A stretch of 54,192 nucleotides of DNA from Chromera velia (taxonomy: Eukaryota), in the NCBI GenBank assembly GCA_018398765.1, contig JAHBMJ010000170.1, positions 1-54,192 on the forward strand. Direction: 5' to 3'. The translations under genes were made by a program, and so were the position numbers. Position 1 is the first letter of the stretch; each line of letters begins with the position of its first letter. Positions 9,319 to 22,497 of the stretch are shown piece by piece. The notes under the pieces were generated by a model that was not told the DNA's origin, did not search any database, and saw nothing but the letters and a program-made list of their open reading frames with translations.

Positions 9319-12300
9319 TTAATCGTCTTCAAGGTCGCTTTCCTCTTCCTCCTCTTCTGTTGCCTCTGAGTCATCGCCTTCCTCTCCCCCACCTACAGGG
9401 GGAAAGGAGACAGAGCCATTTGGATGGGCGGCTGGGGGTCCTGAGGGCCCCTCTCCGTCTCCATTTTCATCTGACTCCTCCCCTTCCTCTTCCCCCTCAC
9501 TTTCGCTGCCCGCTACTGGTCTTCTTTGCTTCCCACCGGATTGGTGGGGGGGCACAGAGGACATAGGAGGTGGGGGAGCCTCGACGGGCGGCTGCCGCCT
9601 CCTTACAGAAGAAGCAGAGGAAGAAGATGACGAGGACGACGAAGAAGAGGAGGAGTCAGATTGCCCTCCCTCGTCTCCTCCTCTGTCCATCCTGCCTCCC
9701 TCTATTTGCCCGACACCCCCCCCTCCCTGTGTGTCGTACTGATTCCCCCGCTCTCCTTCTCCTTCTTCGACTTCTTCTGCTCTGCTCGCCGGCTTCTTCT
9801 GGCGTTTTTTCGGGCGGACCGAAGATGAAGAGCGCGAGGGGGGTAGAGCATCAGGGGACTCTCCTCCCTGACCAGCCTGACGGGCGGGGATACCGTTGAC
9901 ATTCACTGCGGAGGATCCGGAGATTCCTCCCTCTTGCTGCTCTGCTGTGTCCAGAACAGATGCCTTCCTTTTGGCTCCCCTTGCCCCCCCACTCTTTGCC
10001 ATCCCTGCCTTGCCCCTGCCACCGCCACTCCTTCCCCCCCCCGCGAAAAACGAAGAGGCAGACGCACTAGCGGAGGCATGAACACCATCCGCTCCTCCTG
10101 ACCCCCCGCTGATTGCATGGTGCGACCTAGCGCCTGACTGGGCAGGCGGAGCGGGTGCAAGGCGGGTGGCGGGACGGTGCTGGGAGTCGTCCCACATGTA
10201 CGAAAACATCGAACGCACAGCAGGGAGTTCATCTGCGGCAGGGTCAATAGAGAAGGGGAGAAGTCGGAAGGACGGATTGGATCCATACGCACGATAGCAG
10301 ACGGCCAGGGTGGATTTGTCTGGTACCGTAGGTATTGAAACGGGCACCGTCTCTCTACCTGCCTCCTTTCCCTTCCCTTTCCCCCTCGAGGACGAGGAAG
10401 AAGCAGCAGAGACAGTCCCCCTCCCCTTGTTCTTCCCTTTGGACGTTGAGGTCAGGTCTTCAAGAACCTGTGCGTCTTCTTGTGAGGAGGAAGAAGGGGG
10501 AAGGTCTGCGGAAGACGACAGAAGGGTAAAGGGAATCGGGTCCTTACTTCTCTCTTCTTGCAACTGCCTCGTCTCTTCCTCCTTCATCATCCGTTTCTCA
10601 GAATGACCTGCTGCCTCTTTCTCGTGTCCCACCTCTTCTCCTCCTTCACTAGTCCCTCTCTGATGGGATAGTTGCCGGACGGCCACTGCTCCCCCCTCCG
10701 ATTTTACTGCTTTCTCCTCTTCCTCTTTCTGCAAGCCCTGCAAGAAGCGCTCACGTCGGCGAAGGAAGCCGTCATGCAGAAGCCGTCTCCTGCAGAGCGT
10801 GGTGTTACCCACGTAGAAGACTTTCCATCTCCAGTGGGCAGACCACCGGAATGCCTCCAAGGGAGAGGGCAACTCAGGGGGGGGGTTCCCCTTGAGGATT
10901 TCATTCTCTTCCTCCTGAAGAAAAGAGGGGGCTCCTGGGTAGTTCAGTGGGGGAGGAAGAACGGTAGGGTCCGGTGCGATGTCGACATCGTAGGGGAGAC
11001 GGTGTTTGATCACCTGCACATGGTCGTGTGTATGCAGCGATACGAGGAGGCAAGGTGCTCAATGCATCAATGCATGTCGATGTGCGAACGCAAAGACGGC
11101 TCACAGTTTCGAGTGTTTGGGGAAAGAAGAAGGTAATGCAGCTATAGCAGCAAGAAACGATGAACAAAAATCCACCACTCGTGGAGTGAGCTCCCTCAGG
11201 GATTGCAGACTTCATCAAGAAAACAGAGATGAAAGGGCTGGCTGGGGCTTCAAAGATCAAAAAGGGGGAAGAACGGAGAAGAACGGAGGAAAGGGGAGAA
11301 AAGAACCGAACAATCCATCGTAAAGAAGGACAGAAAGAAAAATCCTGAGCCTTTGCTGGGTGATGGATGCACTTTCTGCCACTTTGTTTGTGTTTCCCCT
11401 TCAGCTTATTGTTCTGTTCCCCCCCGCCTTTCTTCGGCTCACCCCCGGAAACTTGTCAAAAATTCGGCCCCGAGTCCCAAGATTCTGCAGAACTGTCTTC
11501 CTCGGTTCATCCCTTTCGTCCTTGGGCATTCTTCTCAGACCCAACACAAACAACTGCATCCACCCCCCACTGGTGGCCCGTGTCCGTCTCTTCCCGTCGG
11601 CCTCCCCCGCATCGTCCGTCCCCACCGCAGTGATCACGGCGTCGAACAGCTCGCAGGTGTTCGCTTTCATCAAACACGACACCACAGCGCCTGGGTAGAG
11701 ATACTCCGTCCCACTGCCGCACTTCTGGGGAAGAAGACGAAACCAACCTTTGCAGGGCTCTTTCACCGGGACTGCAGCACACACAGAGAGCAGAAGTGAG
11801 GATAGCGAAGTGGATAGACAAACTCTTGAGATGACAACGCCTCGACATCTTACCTGTCTGGGACTGCAAGACACAACGAGCGGATTGCTGACTATCTTGC
11901 TTTTGCAAGAAGAAAACAAGGGCTAGCTGTCGACGGGCAGGAGGTCTGATTAGGCAGTCACGCATCCCTTCCACAAAAGGCAAAGAAAAAACACAGGGCA
12001 AAAAAAGAGAGCAGAAAGCTATTCCATGAACAGAAACAATAAATGAAGGCAGTGAAATGCAAACAGGAAAAGAAATTACTGACGGGAAGGCTCTACGAAG
12101 TGGCGCGCACTACAGAACACCGTCTGCTTCTCAGCTTCTCTCGGGTGCTGTTTGAACGCAATCCACACACCGAAACGCTCGCGCTCATCTGTACCTGCAC
12201 CTCCCCCTGTCCCCCCTCTGAAATCGGAACCCGCAACAGCCGCACCATATGCATGCGGGTCCGAAATTTGACCATTCCACCAGGCAATCTCATCCCCCCT

Positions 12301-15300
12301 CTGTGTGGGCCATGCCACCTGAACCTCCGTACCCACCGACAGTCGGTACCTGCCTATGAAATATTGACCCTCTTGGAACCCATAGTTCTTCCCTCCCGGA
12401 AGCAAATTCTCATCGTCAGACTCACACAACAACACCCCGTCTTCCTCCACTTGAGCCGACGGGCTGACAAGGGCCCTTCCCTTGACGGTCCCGGAAGACA
12501 TTGGGACGACTGACTCAACGCCTCGAGACTCGAAAATTCCTCCGTAGAACGGCCCAATGCCACCGAGACGCTCTCGCTGTGATCGTTTCACAACCTCCAA
12601 CGCTCGGCGGCCTGTCAATGTCCCCTTTCTGAGAGGTTGGGTGATCACAGGAACTGGCGGAGGAGCCTCTACCTTCTCTCGCTTGCGCTTCTGCGCACTG
12701 GCGGGCTGGACCCGATCTCCCCCCCACTCCCCCCGCTCTCCGTCCCCAGCCAACCCTCCCCCTCTTTGTGTCCCCGAAAGAGGAGCATAAAACTGTGCGG
12801 GCCTGATGTTTGTCTGGAACATCTGTGCAGCCCTGACCTTCCGCCTCTGCACGATCACCCGACCTAGTAGAATGATCAACAAACAGAGGAGCACTTCCCT
12901 CTTCACATCCCTCACCCGATCTTCCCACTCCCGCTCCTTCTTCTTCACTTTCTCCTGCAAGCAACATTTTGGCGGAAGAAAAAAAAAATGAAGGGAAAAC
13001 AAACAGTGCGACAGTCGGACAGGAAGAGAGATTGAACGAACGGCAGACCGGAGAAACAAACAAAGAAAAGCAAGATGAGATGAGCGTGTCAGTGCAGGGC
13101 CCAAAGAGACAACGCAAAAAGCAGGCACACATTTCCGGTGCCAGTCTTATGTTCTTGCTCTTTTTCTGTATCGTGTGCATCGGAATGTGTGCCCCCCTTC
13201 CCCTCCACCACCGATTCCCTCTCTCCTCGCAGCGCCAGGTCTTAAAAAAGACCAACGAGAAACAAGCAAAAAATCTGATAGACCGACAATCAACCCTCTT
13301 TTCCTATCCCACTCTCACGCTCAACACCCCACAGATAGACAGAAAAAGGGACTGACCATTGTCTCTTCCCCCAATCTCTCAGCATCTCTCTGGACTGTCT
13401 GAAAGAGCTGAGCCCATGCCTCCTCCATGGCACGTTTCTCTTGTTGCTTGTCTGCCATAAGCTCTTGAACCACACCAAGGAACCGCGGTCGCTCATCCGT
13501 CTTAACGGCCCGATCATCCCAAAACGCAGGGGGATCAGACGCCAAGAGGTCCAGCAGCTTCTCGCGTTCGCAGCTCAATCCCGCACACGCTCGCACGGCC
13601 TCCTCGTCTCCTGTTGGCAAAGTCAAACCGTACTCTGCCTCGAATCTGTCTCTGCAGTTCATCAGAGGCTTATGGAACCTCTCGAGCAGACGACGGGCAG
13701 ACTGGTACTCGTCCATGCTCCCTGCTGCTGGCCCTCCACCTCGCGCGAGGGGAGCAACAAACTGAGTCCCGCTGACAGAGGCGACCTGCACACCAAAACT
13801 CATAAAACGGGAAGTGAAAGGAAGGAAGGGTGTAGCGGAAACAGGTCGGCGAGCAGGATTGCACTCACTGGGCTTTACAACAAGCAAACAAGTATTTTCT
13901 TGTTTACGTCCCGCAGAAAGAAGACACAGGGAAAAAAAAAAAGAAAACAAAGTAGAAAATGAAGTAAATAAGTAAAGAGCAAGACACCCACGCACCCGTC
14001 CACCGCCAAACGCCCCCACACGGACGCACGCACTCGCATCTACGCCCATACGAAGAGGACACAGAGAGATCGAACAAATGAGCGAAAACCAAAACGCCTC
14101 AACTCAAACAGGGCACCATCCCTCACTCGTAGTAGGAAAGAAAGAAAGAAAGAAAACAAAGCGGGGAAGGATGGGGCATTGGAGCAAGATATTTCGATTT
14201 AGAGGTGAGAGGTTTGATTTCAAGCGTATTACTTCTGAGGAAAGAAACGACAGAAAAGGAACAACTGGGCGTCAACAAACAAGGAAGAGAATCAAGCGAA
14301 AATTTGCAACAACAACAACAACAACAGAGAAACGGATAAATCCGTCTTTGCAACAGGTCGGAACAAACCGATAAAACTGCAATGAATTTACGCAGCGCAC
14401 AAACCTGAGAGGACTCTCTTCCCCTGTCTCCCTGCATCATCAGCATCATGTCTGCATGAAGGTCTTCAGAGACACCAGAAGTGGAGGGACCGATGGCAAG
14501 GGGTCGGTCTTCTGTATCCTCCGCGGCGTCTCCTCCCTGTTCCTGTGACGCCCCCTCCTCTTTTCCCTTCTCCTTTCTGTGCAACAGCCTCGCGTACTTG
14601 CACGCTGGGTGGAGACGCCAAGCCTGCAGGCAAACACGCAATTCAATCAGAAGGAAAGAAAGAACAAATCAATCAAGAATTAAGTGCTGTCGGGGGTCTC
14701 AGAGAGCATAGGTGAGTGGATGGAAGGTAAAGCTCATGGAGAAATGGACGTAAATCCAAAGACAAGACAGTGCAAGATTAAGAAATTAGCTGCCACGGAT
14801 AGACAAACAGCTCTATGTCACACGATCAGGTTCAAAGGAGGCCAGCAAGCCTTGCTGACTGGCTCGCTCTCAGATAGATTGAAGAACTTGCGTATCGGGG
14901 CGCTGACTGACCATTTTCTGTTTTTCAGTCATTTGCCTCCATTCGTCTCCTATCCTGGTGGCAAGATCCTGCAGACACACAGACAGACAGAAAATCGGGG
15001 AGTAAGCGAGAGTGTGTGTGAAAGAGACGGTAACGGAGAGGGAGATGCGAAGAGAGAGAGGGAGGGAGAGAGAGAGAGAGAGAGATGACACAGACACAAA
15101 GTCACTTGCCCTTTTTGAGTTCATCATGAGACCTTGCATTGCAGCGGCCTCAAAACTTGATTCACTCCATTTGAATACCTCCCGACTGTGTAGCAAAAAA
15201 GTTGGGTTAGGCACAAACACACAAGACAGGTGGGAAGCGAGAGGGGGAAAAACGAAAGGAAGAGAAGTGGCCATCACGTTTTCTTTTCTCCGCCTGCCTG

Positions 15301-15491
15301 GAATGTCACTCACTTCTCCCCCCAGACCTCCCCTCTCTCTGTCTGCCTACTTATGCATGTGCGCCTTCCTGTGCCTGCCTGACCACTGCAGAGTTGATTG
15401 CGTTGCCCGCTTCCCTCGCCAGCTTCATCAGGTAAGGCCGACGCGCGTGGGCATAGCAGTTGTAGGGGTTCAGACCGTCCGTCTGCCCTCG

Positions 15492-15531
<40 letters not shown>

Positions 15532-18145
15532 GGAGGGAGCAAACAAAATGGGGCAGGGATTGAGGGAAGAGGAGGCAATGGAGAAGTGCCGTGAAGGAAG
15601 ATGAAGGGACAGAAGACTCACTCGGGGGTCGCGTCTTCCAGTTGCCCCATCAGTCGCAGAAAGAAAAACCGAACAAAGTCAACCTTATCTCTTGAAGCTT
15701 TTGCTTTCATGTCCCCGGTGTTGTGAGAGGTGGCCACTCACAGTTCCACCAAGTGAGGAAAAGCAGGTAAAGCGTGAGAGAGAAAAAGAGAAAAGCTGAC
15801 TGACCTTGTACTCATGGGCCTTGTTTCTCACTTTGTCGGGCAAGTCGTCCTCTCCGACTTCCTGTATCCATCTGGTCATCTGGGTCTTCCAGCCGTCTGG
15901 GTCGTCAGGGGGCGGGCTGTGCTTGATGACGTCCTCCAGCATGCGCTCGTCTGCTTCTGTGGGGGCAGCGGAGGGACGCCGACTTGCCTGGGCCCTGGAG
16001 TCTTCCTGTGGGTCCGCAGGCCCCGGCATCCCCGTTGCATGGGGCCCTTCAGACCTCTGCTCTCCTGGAAATTTGGAAAATGAGGAAAGGGGGTGGTGTC
16101 TCTGGCTGTCAGCAGTCAATCCCATTCCTCCGCCCCCCCCTGCTGCTGCGTGCTGGATTGCAAGGCCGTAGAGGTACCCCCGTGCTTTCTCCCTGGCTTG
16201 ATTTTCCGCAACAACCTTCTTTGCCGCTGCATTTGCTTTCGCGCACTCGGCAAGAGCAGCAGCGATTGCTGCGGGGTCGGCGAGCTGGGGAGGGATGCTT
16301 GATGGAGGCAAAGTGCCCTGAACAAATGCGGGAGTGGAACGGCAGTGGCTACCCATGGCCCCCGGGAGTGGAGAGGAAGCCGGGTGACTTCCTGTTTGTT
16401 GGATTTGCTGCTGTTCTTCTTCTCCTGCACTTTCCTTAGGTCCACCAGACAAAGCGACCCTTTTTGCCTTCTTTCTTTTCTTGATGATGTTCTCAAAGAT
16501 CGTTTTGGGTGCCGTGAAACGGGAAAGAAATGACTTTTGGTACAAAATCAGAAGATCTCGGTCGACGGATCTTTTCTTAATGGCATCAATTTGTTCCTCC
16601 ATATACGCTTCCTCTGAGGGGGAGAGGGGAGGGAAGGAATCTGGGCGGAGGGATATTTTGAAGGAACACACGAGAGGGGCATCTCTCGGCCTTCTCTGAG
16701 TAAAAAGAGACGGAAAGAATTCAGTGGCACTTCTGAGTGAGTGCTCAAGAGGTAAACCCTCTCTTTTGGGCTTCCAGCCAAGGACTGGAGGGCCCTCAGG
16801 AGCGGCCTCCTCCTCCGCCTGGCCCCCCGTCTCCTCTTCCACGGNNNNNNNNGGGGGGGGGGGGGGGTTCGACCTGATCTCCTTCGAAGGGAGCGATGGC
16901 GGAGACAGGCACGCTGTCATCTCTCAGGTCTTTCTGCTTCTCCAGGAGAGGAGAAGGGAGAGGAGGGACAGCAGCCCCCGGCTCCGAGGCTGATGAGGGA
17001 GCTGCAGTTGCTTCGACCGCAGTGGGCACACCGTTTATGTTGTTGGTCTCCTTTCCCCTTTCCTTCTCTGCTGACGAGGAAGGCGGGGCACTTCCATGGT
17101 CGCCCTCAACCTCTACCTCTGCTGCTGCCAGTTTCGGATTCGGGGGCATCATCCTGTTCTCTTTGCCCTCCTTCTGTGTCACCCCATCTGCATCTTCACC
17201 CGGAATTTCACCCGGAATCTCCGTTTCCACTTTGTCAACAGGGGAAACAGACGAAGAGGAGGAGGAGGAAAGAGGATCGCCAACAAGCAATCCGTTTGCG
17301 TTTGGAATGGGAGGGGCAGGATAAGGAGGGGAGGGGTCGGCATTCAATCGGTGGCCCGCTCCTTCCCTCGAACCTTCTTGCTTCTCTTCCCCTTCCCCCC
17401 TTTCCTCTCCCTCACTCCCACTGCCCTTTCCGTCCCCCGCCTCGTTCGGTTTCTGTACATTCTCCTTCCCTTCCCTCAATGAGGGAAGAACGAGGGCCGC
17501 TTCTTCATCCATATCCACCATTTCCGCATCCTCTCCTCCTTCTCCTTCCGCAACCCCTTCCGTCTCATCTGCAGGGTCCGAGGCCGGATGGGAAAAAAAT
17601 GCAGCAGGGGCCAGACGAGCAGCTTTCCACGCTGTAACGGGTACCTCATGTGTGAAGTAAGAGGAAAGACGAACGGCCGAGGCTGTACGGTCGACGCGAC
17701 AATGACGGATGAAGCGGGCCCCCGCGGGATCGGGGGGCCACTGGGCCCAGTCGGGCGGCGCCTTGTGGGGCGGGACTGCCCCCGGAGGGAAGGGAGGCGG
17801 TAGCTGCCCCGGACCCATTGGCGGTGGAAGCGCAGACGATCGGTTCTGCAAAGAAGGGTCCATACTGACGGGAAACCCTGGGACAAAACCAGAAGCTGCC
17901 AGGGCTGCAGTTGCAGCAACAGCTGCGTGAGGCTGGGTGGCAATTTGCCAAGGAGGAACGGCGGGGGGCTCCGCTGGAGGCACGGTCGCAAAGACGTCGC
18001 CTGACAATTCAGCGAGAAAGCCGGCAAGCAGCTGTGCCTGGTTCTGGGTCCTTGATGCGTTTTTGACCTTTTTTCGTTTTGACACAGGGAGGGGGTTGAT
18101 TGCGGGACGGTAGTAGTCTCTCACAGGAATTTTGAGTTTCAGGGC

Positions 18146-18190
<45 letters not shown>

Positions 18191-18275
18191 CACACACTCA
18201 CTAACACACACAAAATTACACACACACACACACACGTGTGTGTGTGAGAGAGAGAGAGAGAGAAGAGAGACAGAC

Positions 18276-18323
<48 letters not shown>

Positions 18324-18412
18324 AGAGAGGGAGTGAGAGAGAGAGAGAAGAGAGAGAAGAGGGAGAGAGAGAGAGACAGAAGAGAGAGAGAGAGAGAGAG
18401 AGAGAAGAGAGN

Positions 18413-18444
<32 letters not shown>

Positions 18445-19701
18445 ATACGAGAGAGACCCTTGGGGGTGGGGTGCGGAAGCAACGCGAAAAAGGCACGGAG
18501 AGAGACAAGAAGAAAACACGAGGAGGACGGACCTCTGTGAGGACTTTGATTTTCTTCAAAGCGTATCTGGCATAGTAGCCTGACCCAATGCGACTGCGTG
18601 AACAGAGGAAGAAGGGGGAGGAGGGTGGAATCGATCAGTGGACAAATAGAAAGGGAATTGCAGTCCGAAAAATTCGAACAGTGCCGTCTCAGGGCACACA
18701 CAAAGGGAAGGAAAGAAGGAAAAGGGTGTCCAAATCAACGCGCAGATTTTTGTGGAGAGTGGAATGCACGCGCACAAAGCAGCACCGATACAAAGAAAAG
18801 CCCTCCCTGTCAGAAGACCGAGCAAATGCATATCTCTTGTCTTGTCTTCTTTAATGACTGACGGTATCCCTTTCCTTGGGGCGATATCCAGAGCCGGTAC
18901 CGGCGCGGGCTGAGGTTGCTGAGATGCCGCTTGAGCCCCCCGATGACTGCCCATCCCCCCTCCACCAGGGGAGCCGTGTGGTCCCACGCCAGCCGAGAGG
19001 GGACCTCCCCAACGGCCCGCCCCTCCTCCTGAGGGGGAGGCGCTTGGCTGCGGCCTTGACGAGGAGGCAGCTGAGCCAGCGAACCCGCCTGCTGAGGCAC
19101 CGCCCCCGTTCAGGTCAAACACGGGTACTCCCCCTGAGTGCATAAGATTTTGCTGGTGAGCCTCGTTTGCGAACTCCGAGTCCATCATCATGGAGGGCCC
19201 GTGCTCCTGTAGCATGGCCAGTCGGGGGTCTGCAGGGCACACGGGGAGAGGAGAGGGGGGAAAGGAATTAGTGAAGAATACAGCATCAAGGAGGGCTCAG
19301 AGAAGAGGAATAATGGCAGTTTAATCTGGAGACTGGGGCATACCTCCTTGGGTGAAGTGAGTCGCATCCCTGTGGTCGGGTACTGTTGGATTCAGTTGGC
19401 GAGAGTGCCCAATGACTGATAGTGCAAGGCGGGCAAGCAGCAAGATCGCACGGGAACGCTCTTCTTCGCTAATGGAATCGCCATTCTCCGTCCATCCACT
19501 GAAAGTGTCCTCGAGACGGTCGTGGAGGTCCCGCAAACTGAAAGGCAATAATTTCGTTACCCATTCTGGAGGGTTCTGGTGATCAACCTGTTGAAGCTCT
19601 TCTTCGGACTCAGGTAGAGCTTCCTCAGCACAATCTAGCTTCCTCAAAACTTCCTGGACGGCCTGGAAGCCGACAGAATCTACCTCTAGCTCTTCAGTCA
19701 T
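9319..19701 (-). CDS. Large (~2,270 aa) HMG-box protein with two Tudor/Agenet-like segments and long low-complexity regions
   Basis: 11 phase-consistent exons: 19701-19344, 19229-18863, 18593-18533, 18145-15805 (frame jump at N-gap 16845-16852), 15482-15384, 14968-14912, 14623-14405, 13785-13357, 12954-12084, 11771-11443, 11013-9319. Spliced HMG box: GLNPYNCYAHARRPYLMK..AV|DLATRIGDEWRQMTEKQKM|AW. Tudor-like segments: LSVGTEVQVAW..WWNGQI and LYPGAVVSCLM..LFDAVITAV. Several KRKK-type NLS candidates. Confidence 0.8.
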
Positions 19702-21170
19702 CCCTTCTCAACAGGGGCGTGCTCTCTGAGTGGAGAAGGAAGGAACAGAGCGTCTGAACACAAACAGGCACAGACAGTAAACTGCACACAAAAGACAGGA
19801 AGAACAAAAATCATATGGGTCGAAGGATGCAGGTCTACTGAGCAGCTAACAAAGGAAAGAAATTTGAGTGCAGCTTGCCCGAGTCCGGGAAGTGCACAAC
19901 CGTCGAAACGGCCACGCATGTGGAGCTGTCAACCGAAATTGTATTTTTCTTCTGTGACGCACTGCACATGTGCACACACGTGCCTTCTTGACCCGAAGAG
20001 GCGCGCGAAGTATCGGTCAAATTGATGATTGAGGGTTTTGTGCATGAAAGCATGGGCTCTTTCTGAAAACTGTGAGTGCGGCGCGCCATGGCGCGCCCCA
20101 ATATTATATGCGAATTACGGGGGGGCGCGACGATGCCTCACCACATGAGACGACGTCATGAGACTACGTGATACTACGTGCATGCCAAGCATGCAACCGA
20201 ATTCGAACGTATATATATGTCATCGACTCTCTTCTTCACTGCATAACTGCCTGCACAGTCACTCAACAGGAAGTTCACAGAGTGTCAGGTTGTCTATAGG
20301 GTTATGTCGCTGTGTGTTCAACACTGCTTTGGCTTTCTAGGAGCTTCACATCGTCACGTTTTGCGGTTTTACATCCAACTTGTGTTTCTGTCTACCATGA
20401 CGGATCACCGAGGAGGTGCCGACAAAGAAGAAAGGCTCAGGGGCCGACCAGATGGCCTGACGATTGACAGACTCTTTGCCAACTCCTTGTCGGACTGTTT
20501 GTGATGATTAAGGTTTTTGTTATGCATATTTGTCGACATTTGTCAGACTTGTTGATGAGCTTAGTGAGGGACTGCAAGCAAAGCAAGGAAATAAAAGTGA
20601 AAAGAAAATTTGTATGTATCATAGGTAGAAAGATATGAAAAGTTTTGGAAACTTTGTTGAGAGTATGCTCCGCTGAGTTCAACAAATATCAATAAACACG
20701 AGGTCCTACCCTACGTCCTACCATATTATGATACCGGTCATCTAAGAGGGCAAAGCTAGGCAAAGCAACATAGAAACAGAATGGACCACATAAAAAATAA
20801 AGAGAAAAAGATGAAGAGACACACTTAATTTTAAGCTGACAAAGAGGGAAAAAAAGAAGGTTTAACTGTTGAACCTACCTCAGATGGCTGAAAATGGAGA
20901 ACCAAAACGGTTCAACATACTACAGTACGACAATCATAAAATCCACAGTCTGAAGGAATAACATTCAACTTTTAAAGTAGCAATATTAAATTTTATAATT
21001 GGCTTGAAGAACGTTCTAAGCATTGATGAACCTCGGGTATGTATGATAAACCTTGATTCGATGTGATAAACCAGTAAAATCTCTGTGTGAGTACATATGA
21101 TCATATATGATCTTTAAGTTGAATGACTCACACTTTTGCTTGATAGACCTGAATCTTGTTTGTCATACCC

Positions 21171-21310
21171 GAACTTGGCTTGATGTACCGGAAGTTGATT
21201 TGATGTACCGGAAGTTGACTTGATATACCGGAAGTTGACTTGATGTACCAGAAATTGACTTGATATACCGGAAGTTAATTTGATGTACCAAAAGTCTACT
21301 TGTCGAACCG
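21171..21310. repeat. 20-bp minisatellite, 7 copies
   Basis: Consensus gaagttgacttgatgtaccg repeated head-to-tail with no spacers. Confidence 0.9.
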
Positions 21311-22497
21311 ACAAGGTCACTTGTCAAATTAGCCAACTCCAGTGAGGCACAGCTAGGTAGGTGCCCGGCCATTCCAGATAGGGAGGTTGTAACAATGTCC
21401 AGGACCTGTTTAATCATAAGCGTAGCTGTTGTTCCTGTATGTAAACAAGGTGGAGAAACAGAAGTAATTGCACATCACCGCAGGATATTAAATACATGGT
21501 AAAGCTCTAGGCCTTTCAATCAATCTTTAATCATTTTCATCTCTTTTCTTGTTGTCAACTTTCAATATGCATCCCTAGCAGGGCCTAGCTAGATACATCC
21601 AGATGATTATCGTCTGAATTGTGTGCGATAGTTCGTGACACAGGCTTTTGTTTGCAGGCTGATCAAGAATGTCTGATCCATGTATAACGTACAAGTAGTG
21701 AAGGTTTTTTTTTTATATTTTTTTTTAGAGCAGAGGTCCAAACGTCATGGGAGGAAACAGTGCTAAACATCTAGTTTATTTGAAATTGAGAAAATAAATT
21801 TTAACTTTAAATTTAAATAAGAATATGTTTGCATAAAAAAAAAATAGCCTACGTCGAGCTTGCATACAAAATTTTAGCTTTTGAATGAATTGAATTGAAT
21901 TAAATGTTTGTACTTCACTATAATTCACACAATGTGCATAATTATTGTACTACTATGTACTACATTTTATATATGGTCCAGCTAGAGGTCAAACATTGTG
22001 GTTTACTATTTTTCACGGCTCTAACGGGTAAATTTCATTAAATTCCTAGGAAATTTAAACGTGATGATCGAGGGTTTTGTTATGCATGTCGCGTCTCCAT
22101 ATATGGGGGGCGGATCTAGCCTAGTTTGTCAGAAGGTTCCGCTTTTTCATTTGTGTTTTCTAAGTGCGTCCCACGCTATGCTTTCCGGGGCCATGGGCAG
22201 GAATTTGCGTTTTCTAAGTGCCCCACGCTACGTACGCTTGCCGGGGCCAACTTGACTGCGAAGCCTCGAAATTTAAACCACTGCATGACCCTCAGTATCC
22301 CTAGCTCATGCAGTTCAGCTTTCCGTCAGACAATTTCTCCCACTGCATGATACGCACAGGACTTCGAGTGAAGACTGTGGGACAGGAGGTGGTTTTCCAC
22401 ATAGCCTTTCTGCCGTGCCAAAGGGGAGGGAGGTCGGCTCAAAGGAAATTGGTTCAGCAGTGCCAACCACAGAGACGCTGGACCTGCAGATTCCTTC

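Noticed and set aside
15185..15685. Extra candidate exons in the HMG gene (GTGAGT donors near 15621 and 15313)
   Set aside because: No phase-compatible strong acceptors; direct splicing gives an intact HMG box.
16845..16852. Apparent frameshift in HMG-gene exon 4
   Set aside because: Coincides with an N-gap in a G run; treated as an assembly artefact.
20397..20504. Short plus-strand ORF MTDHRGGADK..
   Set aside because: 35 codons with no motif or splice support.
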